Of a stretch of DNA of 64,000 nucleotides, positions 50,931 to 64,000 are shown piece after piece (position 1 is the first letter of the stretch; each line of letters opens with the position of its first letter). The stretch is from the NCBI GenBank assembly GCA_951406725.2, contig OX597842.1:5518001-5582000 (forward strand). The letters are read 5' to 3'. Source of the stretch: Octopus vulgaris (taxonomy: Eukaryota). The position numbers were made by a program, and so were the translations under genes. The notes beneath the pieces were generated by a model. That model ran no database searches. It saw nothing but the letters and a program-made list of their open reading frames with translations, and was not told where the DNA came from.

Positions 50931-51139
50931 AAGGCAGGATATGTTCAAATTAGGGTCCTGCTTAAGATGATGTCACTTTTATCTCCTCTTCAAGTAATGA
51001 AGCCATCACTATTCATCCCCCACCACCGCTATCACCACTATCAGTTGTGGTGGTCGTGGTTGTAGTGGTGGCAATGTTGTTGTCGGTGGTAGTTGTAGTA
51101 GTGGTGATGGTGGTGGCGCTTCTGCTGGTAATTCTCTCT

Positions 51140-51507
51140 TTTTCTTTTACTCTTTTACTTGTTTCGGTCATTTGACTGTGGCCATGCTGGAGCACTGCCT
51201 TCAGTCGAACAAGTCAACCCCCGGGACTTAGTCTTTCTAAGCCTAGTACTTATTCTATCAGTCTCTTTTGCCGAACCACTAAGTTACAGGGATGTAAACA
51301 CACCAGCATCGGTTGTCAAGCGATGTTGCGGGGTGGGGAACAATCACAGACACACGTACATATATATATATATAACGGGCTTCTTTCAGTTTCCATCTAC
51401 CAAATCCACTGAGGGTTTTGGTCAACCTAAGGCTATAGCAGTGGGACTGAACTCCGGAACCATGTGGTTTGGAAGCAAGCTTCTTACCACACAGCCATTC
51501 CTGCTTC
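51140..51507 (-). mobile_element. Family A SINE
   Basis: Reverse copy with small deletions. Confidence 0.85.
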
Positions 51508-51513
51508 TATATA

Positions 51514-51716
51514 CATCATCATCATCGTTTAACGTCTGCTTTCCATGCTGGCATGGGTTGGATGGTTTGACTGAGGACTGGCGAGCCAGATGGCTGCACC
51601 AGTCTCCAATCTGATCTGGCAATGTTTCTACAGCTGGATGCCCTTCCTAACGCCAACCACTCTGAAGTGTGTAGTATTTATATTTATACATATACACCAG
51701 AGACGTGCTATATCTA

Positions 51717-51747
<31 letters not shown>

Positions 51748-52200
51748 CATCGTCGTTCAACATCTGCTTTCCATGCTAGCATGGGTTGAATGGTTTGACT
51801 GAGGACTGGCAAGCCAGGAGGTTGCACCAGGCTCAATCTTATCTAGCAGAGTTTCTACAGCTGGATGCCCTTCCTAACGCTAACCACTCTGTGATTGTAG
51901 TATATATATTTATACATATACACCAGAGACCTGCAATATGTATATGTATGTATGTGTGTGTGTTTATTTATATATATATATATATATAAATATATATATA
52001 TATATGTATCATCGTCGTTTTTTAACATCCACTTTCCATGCTGGCATGGGTTAGACGGTTTGACTGAGGATTGGCTGGCCAGAGGCTGCATCAGGTTCCA
52101 ATCTGATCTGGCAAAGTTTCTACAGCTGGATGCCCTTCCTAACACCAACCACTCCAAGAGTGTAGTATATACATTTATATATATACACCAGAGACGTGCT
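51514..52200 (-). repeat. Three tandem family C 3' ends with shared flank
   Basis: Each unit ends with the same non-SINE flank TACATATACACCAGAGAC-like sequence, indicating local tandem duplication. Confidence 0.85.
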
Positions 52201-52799
52201 ACCTGGATAGGCAAGGTAGGCAGTGCCTACTTGGAATAAAATAGATTGATAGCAACATTTTTCTTTTATGGCAAAATATACCCCTAATTCAATAAATTTA
52301 TGAAGGTTACTCTGATTATTCTGCATAAAATATTTTATTTTTTTGTAGATTAGGTAGGCATAATTCACCCCTGCTTTTCAATCTCAGTATTAAAGCTACG
52401 CATAGGATTGATGTAGTACACATGCTGCGTACACTCCTACAACAATGTTTTCTTTACGCACTTTAAAGGCAGAAGTAATCTGCCTTCAACTCAGTCACAC
52501 ATCCGTGTTTTGCTTATTTTTTTTGGTGTTTTACTACATAAAGGTTGCCAACTGCCTACCCTGAGTAATTACTGGTGGTACATGATTGATATAGACACAT
52601 ACACACACATACTTCTTTCAGTTTCCATCTACCAAATCTATTCACAAGGCTTTGGTTGGCCCAAGGTTATAGATGAAGACAGTTGCCCAAGATGCCATGC
52701 AGTGGGACTGAACCCAAGCCTATATGGTTGGGAAGCAAGCTTCTTACCCACACAGCTACGCCTGCACCTATGATATTATTCGGCAGTAGAAAGTAGGAT

Positions 52800-53945
52800 A
52801 GTAGTCTGGTGCTAGTAGTGAAGATGACAGCAATGATGATAGTTGTAGTGGTCATGGTAGGATTGGTTGCCATGGTGATTACTGGTGGTGTTGATGTTGA
52901 TAGTGATGATGATGGTGGTTGTTAATGATAATGATGATAGCTGATAATGAAGATGGGAGGATAGTGTGGTGGTGGTAGTTATGGTGATGGGGATAGCTGT
53001 TGTGGTAGTAGTGGTGGCGATGGTAGTTATGATGGTGTTGGTGTTAATTATAGTGGTGATAGTGGCTGTGATTATGATGGTGGTGGTGGTGGTAGTTGTG
53101 GTAGTGGTAGCTATTGTAATGGTGGTGGTTGCAGTGATGGTAGTTGTGGTGGTGGTGATAGCGGCGATAGTGGTGGTGGTAGTATTGGTGATAGTGGTTA
53201 TGGTGGTGATTGTGATTATGGTAGTTGTGGTAATGATGATGGTGGTGTTAATGTTTGTTTGTTCAAAGGCGGTGCTCCAGCATGGCCGCAGTCAAATGAG
53301 TGAAACAAGTAAAAGTTGTTGACCCCTCTTTGGGTTTTGATTCCACTTTACAAAGTTCCTCATTGTAATGGTTGTCAACCACCACCACCACCTCAACCAC
53401 CACTACCGTCACTACCACCATCGCCTCAACCATCACCACTTCACAATCACTTAAACCATCACCACCAGCACTACCACACCAACATCACCACCAACACTAT
53501 CACCACCACCACCACACCAAAATCCCCACCACCACCACTACCACCATCACTACAACTACTACCACCATCACTACAACTACTACCACCATCACTACTGCTA
53601 CCACCACCACCACCGTCACAACTACTACAACCACCACCACCACTACTACAACCACCATTACTACTGCCACCACTATCACTACCACCACCACCACTATTAT
53701 CGCAACTGCCTCCACCACCTTCACAACTACCACCATGACAATCACTTCCACCATCACTATACCACCACCACCACTATGATCACCACTGCTTATCGTCACC
53801 ACTATTACTACTACCAGCACCATCAAAACCACCATCACTATCACAACCATCATTGCCACCACCACCACCACCACCACTTCTACCAATACTATCACCATCT
53901 ACCACCACCTCTCACCAGTCTCCCTCCTACCACAACCCTACTATT
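52800..53945. repeat. (GGT/GAT)-rich tract followed by (ACC/ATC)-rich tract
   Basis: Strand polarity switches across 53255-53370. Confidence 0.9.
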
Positions 53946-55181
53946 ACTACTGCTATTTGTAGCCAATGAGAAACCCTCTAAAGGGTCATTGCTTGACCTG
54001 CTAAAAATAGCTGCCAGATGTCCCTCAAATCACAGTAGTGCTTTTCAAAGGGAACACGTGAGATGATGTGGTCTTTGTGAATGTCATGGCTGGAATGCCT
54101 TTGATCCTACATCTGTTTGATCACTATTACCATTGATACTACAACTTCTGTACACGGATTTAAACATCTTCACATATACACACACGTCTACACACACACG
54201 TCTACACACACACGTCTACACACACACACATCTTCACATACACACGTCTTCACACACACACATCTTCACAGACACGCGTCTTCACACACAGACGCGTCTT
54301 CACACACACACACGCGCGTGTCTTCACACACACACACACACACACGCGCGTCTTCACACACACACGTGCGTCTTTGCACACACACACACACACGTCTTTG
54401 CGCGCACACACATCTTTACATACACACACATCTTTACATACACACACATCTTTACATACACACACAACTTCACATACACACACACGTCTTCACAACACAC
54501 ACACACACTCACTTCTTCACACACGTCTTCTCACACACATCTTCACATACACTCACTCACACATACGTCTTCACATACACACACATCTTCACATACACCC
54601 TCATCTTTACCTATAGTCGCCCAGCTTCACATGCATCTCTTCAGGCTCAACATTTCCATGCAGATACATGTGTGCACACACATGCACTAATACACTTTTA
54701 CACACAACCACACAAGCTGCAAACACACTCACACATTCATAAACACACACTCATACACATACTCATTCATACACACACACACATTCATACACATACTCAT
54801 TTGTACACACAAACACATACACTCATACACACCTCTTCACAGTCACACACACCTCATCACACACACACTTCATTCTTCAATATTTTGGAAAAAACTTAAA
54901 ATGGCACCTGCTTTGTATCGGCAAAGAATTCGAGGTAAGACAATTTATCATCATAGATCAGTGAGGAAGAATCCGTAACGCAGCATCAGACCAGATGATG
55001 CCTTGCCATGTTTACTTCCACCTCTGTAGGTTCTGAGTTCAAATTTGAACTCCTGTCAACTTTCACAGGTAATATTTCTCCATGTCAGACACATCTTTTG
55101 CAAATTCAAAATGAACTGTTCTCATTTATAACCATCATATGATGTTGAGAAATAAGTACGCACACACTTATAAACACACAC

Positions 55182-55235
<54 letters not shown>

Positions 55236-55859
55236 GACACATGCATAGCTGTATAGTAAGAACTTTGCTTGCCAACCAGATGAATTCAGGTTCAATCTCA
55301 CCATATTGCACCTTGGAAAAATACCTTCTGTTGCAGCCTTGAGCCAAGCAAAACCTTGTGAGTGAATTTTGTAGACAGGAAATGAAAGAAGCCCATGTAT
55401 GTATGTATTTGTGTGTATGCTGGTGTGTTTATGTATCCATAACTTAGTGGTTCAGCAGAAGAGACCAATAAAGTACCAAGCTGGTGTTGATTCATTTGAC
55501 GAACTTTCTTCAAGGTGGTGCTCCAGCATGGCCACAGACTGAAATGAGCAAATGTTAGAAGTAAAAGCTATATGTACATACCTATCATCATCATCATCTT
55601 TTAATGCCCACCTTTCTGTTCACACAATGGGTTGGACAGAGTTTGTTGAGGCTGAATTTTTAAGACTGGATGCCTTCCCTGTCACCAACCCTCTCTTGTT
55701 TCCTAGCAAGGTAATTTTTCCCCAAGGCCAGATATGTTTTCGACAGAAAACTGGAAACATACGACACTTGCATAATAATGACGATGCTTGTTTTACAACT
55801 ATCAGACCATATTAGGAAATGGAGGTACACACACACATACACACACACACATACACACA

Positions 55860-55898
<39 letters not shown>

Positions 55899-56149
55899 TC
55901 ACTCACTCACACACTCTCTCCTGTTGACACTGCTAGATTGAATGATGCTACACAGGTGTTGAAACCATAATGATATTTGTTAGGCAGCTGAAGATGGGTG
56001 TATATTTTTGATGTGCTTGTTGACAGTAAACCTTTGTTTCTTGTATTCTTGTTCTACTTCTTGTAAGGTTAAACTTCTTCAGTGGCTTTTGGTTTTGATG
56101 TGTACATTAAATGATGCCTTGATATTGTATGATTCCCCTACTATATACT

Positions 56150-56700
56150 ACTATACATAAGATAATGTGGTCCTAGATACATTATGTCTGAATAGAAGAT
56201 AGGATGGTCACATATGGGACATCTTTGATCATAGGTCTCTTAGTTCAGAACCACTCAGGGTTTTAACACCAACAACTATAGCTACTAATACTAACTGCTA
56301 TACAATACATTAGCTAATGTAGTCCTAGATACACTATGCCTGAATAAAAGATGGGATGGTCACAGCTGGAACATTTGGGCGATCGGTCTACTGGATCAGG
56401 ACTGACCTGGGGTTAAACAACAGCAGCAATAACTATAGCCACTAATACTAACTACTATGCTATACATTCAAGAACATAGTCCTAGATGCATTGTGTCAGG
56501 ATAAAAGATGGGATGGTCACAACTGGAGCACCTTTGATCACAGGTCTGCTAGATCAGAACAGACCTTGGGCTAAACGACTATGGCCATTAACATTACTGT
56601 ACATTAGGTAATGTAGTCCTAGATACACTATGCCTGAATGAAAGATGGGATGGTCTTTGATCATGGATCTGCTGGATCAGGACTAACCTGGGGCTAAATA
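56150..56700 (-). repeat. Tandem array of the ~150-bp repeat
   Basis: GTCCTAGATACACTATGCCTGAAT..AGATGGGATGGTC-like sequence repeated 4 times. Confidence 0.85.
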
Positions 56701-57314
56701 GCTGTAATTAAGCAAAACAGGGTCTTCCTTCTCCCTCTCTCTCCCCCCTCTCTCCCTCCCTCTATCTCTCTCCCTCCCTCTATCTCTCTCCCTCCCTCTA
56801 TCTCTCTCCCTCCTTCTTTCTCTCTCCCTCATTCTCTTTCTCCCACTCTCCCTCCCTCTCTTTCTCCCTCCTTATCCACCCCCCCTGCTTTCATACCCCT
56901 TCAAATCCCCTAAACACACACCACCTTGTTGCATGGACTCAGGAATGGTTTGGACATGGTCTGGTGCAATTAATTGGTTGCTATGCCAACGAGAATTTTT
57001 ATCTACTAGTGGGGGAGGGGCCAGGGGTGGGGATTGAGGAAGCTGGTCCATGAAGCCAAATTTTTGGCAGATTACTTAAAAGTACTACTATTACTGTTGC
57101 TATGACTACCACTACTACCACTATAACTGCTACTGCCTTCATTATCATCATCACCATCATCACAAAAGTCATCATTTCTCGACCCTTTTTTTTTTTTTTT
57201 TACCTATGGACTCTTCTGGTCCCTATTTTACTTAGATGGACCCTCTAAGCTATTTGATGTTCAACCCTTTAGCATTCATATTATTGTCAAATGTGATTCA
57301 TATTCATTCACATA

Positions 57315-57994
57315 GGCACAGGAGTGGCTGTGTGGTAAGAACCTTGCTTACCAACCACATGGTTCCGGGTTCAGTCCCACTGCGTGGCATCTTGGGCAAG
57401 TGTCTTCTGCTATAACCTCGGGCCGATTAAAGCCTTGTGAGTGGCATTGGTAGACGGAAACTGAAAGAAGCCCATCGTATGTATGTATGTATGTATGTAT
57501 GTATATATATATGTGTGTGTCTGTGTTTGTCACCTTAGCATTGCTTGACAACCTATGCCAGTGTGCTTACGTCCCTGTAACTTAGCGGTTCGGCAAAAGA
57601 GACCGATAGAATAAGTACTAGGCTTGATTTGATCGACTAAAGGCAGTGCTCCAGCATGGCCACAGTCAAATGACTGAAACAAGTAAAAGAGTATGGCTGC
57701 TGCCAGCCACCATCCAAACGTGGCCAATGCCAGCGTACCTTGACTGGCTTCTGTGCTAGTGGCACGTAAAAAGCACCAACCGATTATGGCTGTTGCCAGC
57801 CTCCCCTGGCATCTGTGCGGGTGGCACGTAAAAAGCACCCACTACACTCACGGAGTGGTTGGCCTTAGGAAGGGCATCCAGCTGTAGAAACACTGCCCGA
57901 TCAGACTGGAGCCTGGTGCAGCCTTCTGGCTTCCCAGATCCCCGGTCGAACCGTCCAACCCATGCTAGTATGGAGAACGGACGTTAAATGATGA

Positions 57995-57998
<4 letters not shown>
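57315..57998 (+). mobile_element. Family A SINE followed directly by a family C element
   Basis: Family A 57315-57692 and family C 57695-57998 with (ATG)n tail. Confidence 0.87.
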
Positions 57999-58037
<39 letters not shown>

Positions 58038-58672
58038 GGGCTTCTATCAATTTCTGTCTACCTAATCTACTCAAGAGGCTATAGTAGAAAACACCTTCCC
58101 AAGGTGCCATGTAGTGGGATTGAACCGAGAACTATGTGGTTGGGAAGCAAGCTTCTTACCATACAGCCTCATCGAGAGAGAGATAGATAGATAGATATGA
58201 GCTTCTCCCAGTTTCTATACCAAATCCACTCGCAAAGCTTTGATTTACCTGGGGCTATATTGGAAGTCTCTAGCCCCAGGTGCCAAGCAGCGGGACTGAA
58301 CTCGGAAACATATGGTTGAGCAATAAACACCTTAACGAATCAACCATACTTGCAACTCTTTTAATTAAAAAAAAAAAACCCAATCGTGTGAACTTAAAAT
58401 ATCGGACATGAAGCTAACTGAACCAAAAATAAATAGAAACTAGTGATCGGTGAAAACACCCAAATTACTCACCTTGACAAGCACAGGTAAACATCCTTAA
58501 CGATAACAACAAAACAAGGTCAGTCATGAATTGGGCTGAAATTATTCCTAGTGTTACCTACTTGCGTGTCTTCGGTAAACAAAATATTTTCTTCAAGACG
58601 TATAACCTTACTAAATATTTAGTACTGACTTGTCATGTGTTGTACTGTGTTACATTATAATGTTAGTATAGA

Positions 58673-59048
58673 GGCGCAGGAGTGGGTGTGTGGTAAGTAG
58701 CTTGCTAACCAACCACATGGTTCTGGGTTCAGTCCCACTGCATGGCGCAATGTGCAAGTGTCTTCTACTATAGCCTTGGGCCGACCAATGCCTTGTGAGT
58801 GGATTTGGTAGACGGAAACTGAAAGAAGCCCGTCGTACATATATATATATATATGTATATATGCGTAGGAGTGGCTGTGTGGTAAGTAGCTTGCTAACCA
58901 ACCACATGGTTCCAGGTTCAGTCCCACTGCGTAGCATCTTGGGCAAGTGTCTTCTACTATAGCCTCGAGCCGACCAATGCCTTGTGAGTAGATTTAGTAG
59001 ATGGAAACTAAAAGAAGCCCGTTGTATATATGTATATATATATATATA

Positions 59049-59084
<36 letters not shown>

Positions 59085-59255
59085 GGCGCAGGAGTGGCTG
59101 TGTGGTAAGTAGCTTGCTAACCAACCACATGGTTCTGGGTTCGGTCCCACTGCGTGACACCTTGAGCAAGTGTCTTCTACTATAGCCTCGGGCCAACCAA
59201 TGCCTTGTGAGTGGATTTGGTAGACGGAAACTGAAAGAAGCCCGTCGTATATATG

Positions 59256-59286
<31 letters not shown>

Positions 59287-59502
59287 GTGTTTGTGTGTCT
59301 GTGTTTGTCCCCCTAGCATTGCTTGACAACCGATGCTGGTGTGTTTACGTCTCTGTCACTTAGCGGTTCGGCAAAAAGAGACCGATAGAATAAGTACTGG
59401 GCTTACAAAGAATAAGTCCCGGGGTCGATTTGCTCGACTAAAGGCGGTGCTCCAGCATGGCCGCAGTCAAAATGACTGAAACAAGTAAAAGAAAAGAAAA
59501 GA
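58673..59502 (+). mobile_element. Family A SINE with three tandem heads and one tail
   Basis: Heads at ~58673, ~58863 and ~59084, separated by (TA)n. Confidence 0.9.
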
Positions 59503-59591
59503 ATAGCATAGGCGTGGCTGTGTGGGTATGGAGTTTTGCTTCTTATTCCTGTGGCTTTTGGTTCAATCCCACTGTGTGGCAACTCAGGCAA

Positions 59592-60268
59592 ATCATCATC
59601 ATCATCATCATCGTTTAACGTCCGGTTTCCATGCTAGCATGGGTTGGACGATTTTGACTGAAGACTGGCGAACCAGATGGCTGCACCAGGCTCCAATCTT
59701 GATCTGGCAGTGTTTCTACAGCTGGATGCCCTTCCTAATGCCAACCACTCCCAGAGTGTAGTGGGTGCTTTTATGTGCCACTGGCATGAGGGCCAGTCAG
59801 GTGGTCTTGGCAACGACCTCACTCGAATCTTATTACACTTGCCACCGGCACAAGTGCCATTAAGGCGACGCTGGAAACGATCACGCTCGAATGATGCCTT
59901 TTACGTGCCACCAGCACAGAAGCCAGTTAGCCGCTCTGGCAACGATCACGCTCGGATGGTGCTCTTGGCACCCTACTACCACGGGGCACAAGTGCCAATA
60001 AGGCGACGCTGGTAACGATCACACTCGAATGGTGCCTTTTATGTGCCACTGGCACAGAAGCCAGTTAGCCGCTCTGACAACGATCATGCTCGGATGGTGC
60101 TCTTTGGACCCCGCTAGCACGGATGCCAGTCATCGAATTTGATTTTGATTTCACTTGCCTCAACAGGTCTTCGCAAGCAGAGTTTAGTGTCCAAAGAAGG
60201 AAAAGGCATGCATAAGTGGGCTGGTTACGCCTCTGGCATAGGCCACGAGGTTATGGTCTCATTTGGCT
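59592..60268 (-). mobile_element. Longest family C copy, with internal ~140-bp tandem duplication
   Basis: CACAAGTGCCA(T/A)TAAGGCGACGCTGG occurs twice (~59849, ~59988). Confidence 0.82.
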
Positions 60269-60968
60269 AGGCGTGGCTGTGTGGGTATAGAGCTTTGCTT
60301 CTCATTCATGCGGCTTTTGGTTCAATTTCAGTGTGGTACCTCAGGCAAATGTCTTTTTTTTTATTTTTCCCTTTTTACAGCTCCTTGGTTGATGAAAGTC
60401 TTATCAGTGGATTTGGTAGATTGAACCAAAAGCAACCTGTCACACATGAGCGCATGTCTTGTCTCAGTCATTAAACCGTGGCCATACTGGGGCACTACCT
60501 TGAAGAATCTTAGTTGAACGAATCAAATCCAGTACTTTGTTTTAAGCCTGGTACTTTTTGTATCAATCTCTTTTATTGAACCACTAGGTTATGGGTATCT
60601 AAACACACCAACACCATTTACCAAGCGGGATTGGGACACCCAAAGACACACACATATGTGATGGGCTTCCTCCAGTTTCCATCTACCAATTCTATTCACA
60701 AGGCTTTGGTCAGCCCTAGGCTATAATAGACACTTACCCAAGGTGCCACACCCTAGGACTGAACCTGGAACTATGTGGTTGGGAAGCAAGCTTCTCACCA
60801 TACAGCCACACCTGTACTTGCCACACCTGTGCCTAGATATATGCATGTGTGTCTGTGAGTCTGTATATATGTGTGAGGATCTGTGTGTGTGATATTGCAT
60901 GATAGTCGTAAACAAGTTTCACTGTCATACAAGCAGTGTCATGTCATTCATTTCCAATATTCTGTGAG

Positions 60969-61196
60969 GGGTGGCGAGCTGGCAGAATCATTAACACACT
61001 GGGTGAAATGCTTAGCGGTAATTCGTTTGCCGTTACGTTCTGAGTTCAAATTCTACCGAGGTTGACTTTGCCTTTCATCCTCTCGGGGTCGATTAAATAA
61101 GTACCAGTTACACACTGGGATCAATGTGACTGGCTGTCACCCTCTCCAAAAATTTCAGCCTTTGTCCCTATAATAGAAAAGATTATTATTATTATT
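60969..61196 (+). mobile_element. Family B variant with (ATT)n tail
   Basis: Family B head and core with alternative 3' end CCCTCTCCAAAAATTTCA..AGAAAAGATTATTATT. A second copy is at 62433-62638. Confidence 0.85.
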
Positions 61197-61267
61197 GAGA
61201 GAGCAGTGCATGCCATCAAAGTGACACTAGGGTAAAATATACAAAGCCCAGTATACCCATCATGACT

Positions 61268-61754
61268 CATCATCATTCATCATTGTTCGACTGTGGTCGA
61301 GACAATGGAATTTACCATGTTGCGCCAGACTTCACGGTCCATCATAGCATTACAGAGGTCCTGTTGCTGGATGCCTGTATCCCTGGAGATTACATCAGGG
61401 CAGGAGAGTGTGCGCCCTCTGGTGTTGCGAGTAGATGGCTTCCAGAGGAGAAGAGTAGAAATTACTTCTTTTTCAGCTCTACAACAATGTCCAGCAAACT
61501 GGACTCTCCTACCCTTCACAAGAGATGACACAGGTGGTAGTTTCCCATATATTTGCATTTTGGTTGGATGGCGCTTCCACGAGAGATTTTGAGCTCTCAT
61601 AAGGAGGCGAGTGTAGGTTCCATCCAACCGCCTCTCAAGCTTCTTTGATAACGTCCAGGTTTCTGAGCCATATAGTAGAATTGGTTCGACTGTGGCTTTG
61701 AATATTTCAAGTTTGAAGTCTCTACTTAGATTTGATGACCAGATCTTATGCATG
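61268..61754 (-). mobile_element. 5'-truncated RTE-clade LINE with 8-bp TSD
   Basis: Open frame KIWSSNLSRDFKLEIFKATVEPILLYGSETWTL..RRVQFAGHCCR..AMMDREVWR, very short 3' UTR with (TGA)n tail. TCATGACT at 61260-61267 and 61755-61762. Confidence 0.93.
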
Positions 61755-62257
61755 TCATGACTACCCGTCTGATAAGGGTACACCAGGCACATGTATCACA
61801 ACCATATGTGCGCGACATGGTGATCTCATATCAAGATAAACAGCACGTGACCTTGCAGGTGGGGCCCAGTTAGAATGTCCTTCTGGTCGAGTAACCCATC
61901 CTGCTCAAAAGGTCCATGAATAAGGGTTGGTTTAAGGATGTTGAAAGAACCACCCATGTTTCCAGAGGTGAACTATTCAAGCCCCAAAGAATCCCTCTCA
62001 ACACATGGCTATGATGCTCCCCCAATACTTCTGCTTGTGATCAGAGATGCACATATCGTCAGCCACTAAGGGACATGGTCAACTGGTTAAAGTCAAACAA
62101 CTGACAAGCAAATCTGTGGTATTGAGCAGAATATTTGCTGTAGCCCATCTTTTATACCAAGTCAAAACAATGTACATGATAACACTTCCAATCAGTTAAG
62201 ATCAGAAGCCATGAGAGCCAACGACTGGTACTGCATCAGGGCATTAGATAGAAAGAC

Positions 62258-62372
62258 GTTTACAGCACCTAGGTTTCCCAAGCGGTCACCCATCTAAGTA
62301 CTAACTGGGCTCGACTTTGCTTAACTTCGGTGATCGGACGAGAACCGGTGTTTTCAAAGTGATATGGCCGTA
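62258..62372 (-). pseudogene. 5S rRNA-derived copy (lacks first ~3 nt and oligo-T terminator)
   Basis: Minus strand TACGGCCATATCACTTTGAAAACACCGGTTCTCGTCCGATCACCGAAGTTAAGCAAAGTCGAGCCCAGTTAGTACTTAGATGGGTGACCGCTTGGGAAACCTAGGTGCTGTAAAC matches metazoan 5S rRNA along its length. It is solitary, not in an array. Confidence 0.92.
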
Positions 62373-62378
62373 TTATCA

Positions 62379-62429
<51 letters not shown>

Positions 62430-62432
62430 GAA

Positions 62433-62872
62433 GGCGGCAAGCTGGCAGAATTGTTAGCAGTATTTCATCTGCTGTTACATTCTGAGTTCAAATTCTGCCA
62501 AGGTCGATTTTGCCTCTCATTTTTTCAGGGTCGATTAATTAAGTACCAGTTACACACTGGGGTCGATGTGATTGACTGTCCCCCTCTCCAAAAATTTCAA
62601 GCTTTGTGCCGATAGTAGAATGGATTATTATTATTATTCTTAAGGCAGTGAGCTGGCTGAATCATTAGCAATCTGGTCGAAATGTTTAGTGGTATTTCGT
62701 CTGTCATTATATTCTGAGTTTAAATTCCGCCGAGGTCAACTTGACCTTTCATCTTTTCGGAGTCAATTAAATAAATACCAGTTACGCACTGGGGGCAATC
62801 TAATCAACTTAATCCTTTTGTCTGTCCTTGTTTGTCCCCTCTGTGTTTAGCCCCTTGTGGGCAATAAAGAAA
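62433..62872 (+). mobile_element. Two family B SINEs
   Basis: 62433-62638 and 62643-62872. Confidence 0.87.
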
Positions 62873-62940
62873 TGAATATTCTGTGGAAACATATCCGGCC
62901 ATGGGGAAGTGTCACCTTGATCGGAAACAGGTAGATGCAC

Positions 62941-63011
<71 letters not shown>

Positions 63012-63056
63012 CTAATTGTATGCACATTCACACTCATTTGTAATTGTACGCACATA

Positions 63057-63527
63057 GGCATAGGAGTGGCTGTGTGGTAAGTAGCTTGCTTGCCAACCAC
63101 ATGGTTTCGGGTTCAGTCCCACTGTGTGGCACCTTGGGCATGTGCCTTTGACTATAGCCTCAGGCCGATCAAAACCTTGTGAGTGGATTTTGAAGACAGA
63201 AACTGAAAGAAGCCCGTCGTATATGTGTGTGTGTGTGTATATATATATATATACATACATACATACATACATACATACATACATACATCATACATACATC
63301 ATACATACATACATACATACATACATACATACATACATACATGTGTGTGTGTGTTTGTTCCCCCCCCCCCCAACATCGCTTGACAACTGATGTTGGCGTG
63401 TTTATGTCCCCGTAACCTAGCAGTCTGGCAAAAGAGACCAATAGAATAAGTCCTGGAGTCGATTTTGTCAACTAAAGGCGGTGCTCCAGCATGGCCACAG
63501 TCAAATGACTGAAACAAGTAACAGAGT
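63057..63527 (+). mobile_element. Family A SINE
   Basis: Full copy with (TACA)n centre. Confidence 0.88.
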
Positions 63528-64000
63528 ACATACACGCACACACACATGCGACTGTATACACATACACACGCAACTATACATACATGCAGCTGTAAACACA
63601 AACACATACATACATGCATGCAACTATACACACACACACACACAAACTACATATTACACCTGCACCACCCTACACTGCTCCACCCAACCCACCCTCTACA
63701 ATTGATCTTAATCTGATTGTAGATAATTTCGTTAATTACCTTAATCTGGATAATTCACCATTTAACATCTGGGTCAGAGGTCATGACCTCTTATTCCTCT
63801 CCCTCACTCTCCTTTATTCCTCTCTCTTTCCCTCACTCTATTTTCCTCTCCAGCTATGTGGTGGGGAGCGAAGGGGTTATTTAGCCCTAGGTCAGTTCAG
63901 TTTTGATCATCGCTTCATTAGTTTCCCAGACATGGTGTATCTAGGAGTACATTATCCAATGTGCTGTTTTAGAAGCAGCATTGAGATTTAAGGTAGTTAA

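Noticed and set aside
50133-50948. Gly/Ser-, Thr- or Pro-rich ORFs resembling structural proteins or mucins
   Set aside because: This is a trinucleotide minisatellite open in four frames, and similar tracts are scattered through the window.
62258-62372. Functional 5S rRNA gene
   Set aside because: It is solitary, its 5' end is clipped, it has no T4+ terminator and the upstream sequence is microsatellite.

Overview
This is AT-rich, extremely repeat-dense eukaryotic DNA. The SINE families and microsatellite load suggest an octopus (coleoid cephalopod) intron or intergenic region, which is an inference from repeat content only. No intact host protein-coding gene is recognisable, and nearly all ORF-track entries are translations of microsatellites or SINEs. 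Supported content: dozens of copies of at least five SINE-like families, 5'-truncated RTE and CR1-like LINE fragments, three Tc1/mariner relics, a TA-flanked MITE, about seven long fold-back palindromes, two local ~150-bp tandem arrays plus a dispersed ~150-bp repeat family, and one 5S rRNA-like copy. The most notable signals are: (1) several near-complete minimal type I hammerhead ribozyme motifs with palindromic stem III (Penelope-like), including a pair inside a palindrome built from tRNA-like heads; (2) a 5S-headed composite element interrupted by an RTE LINE with an 8-bp TSD; and (3) two independent insertions of one SINE family at the same site of another. Family labels A-E are my own working names and most repeat boundaries are approximate.
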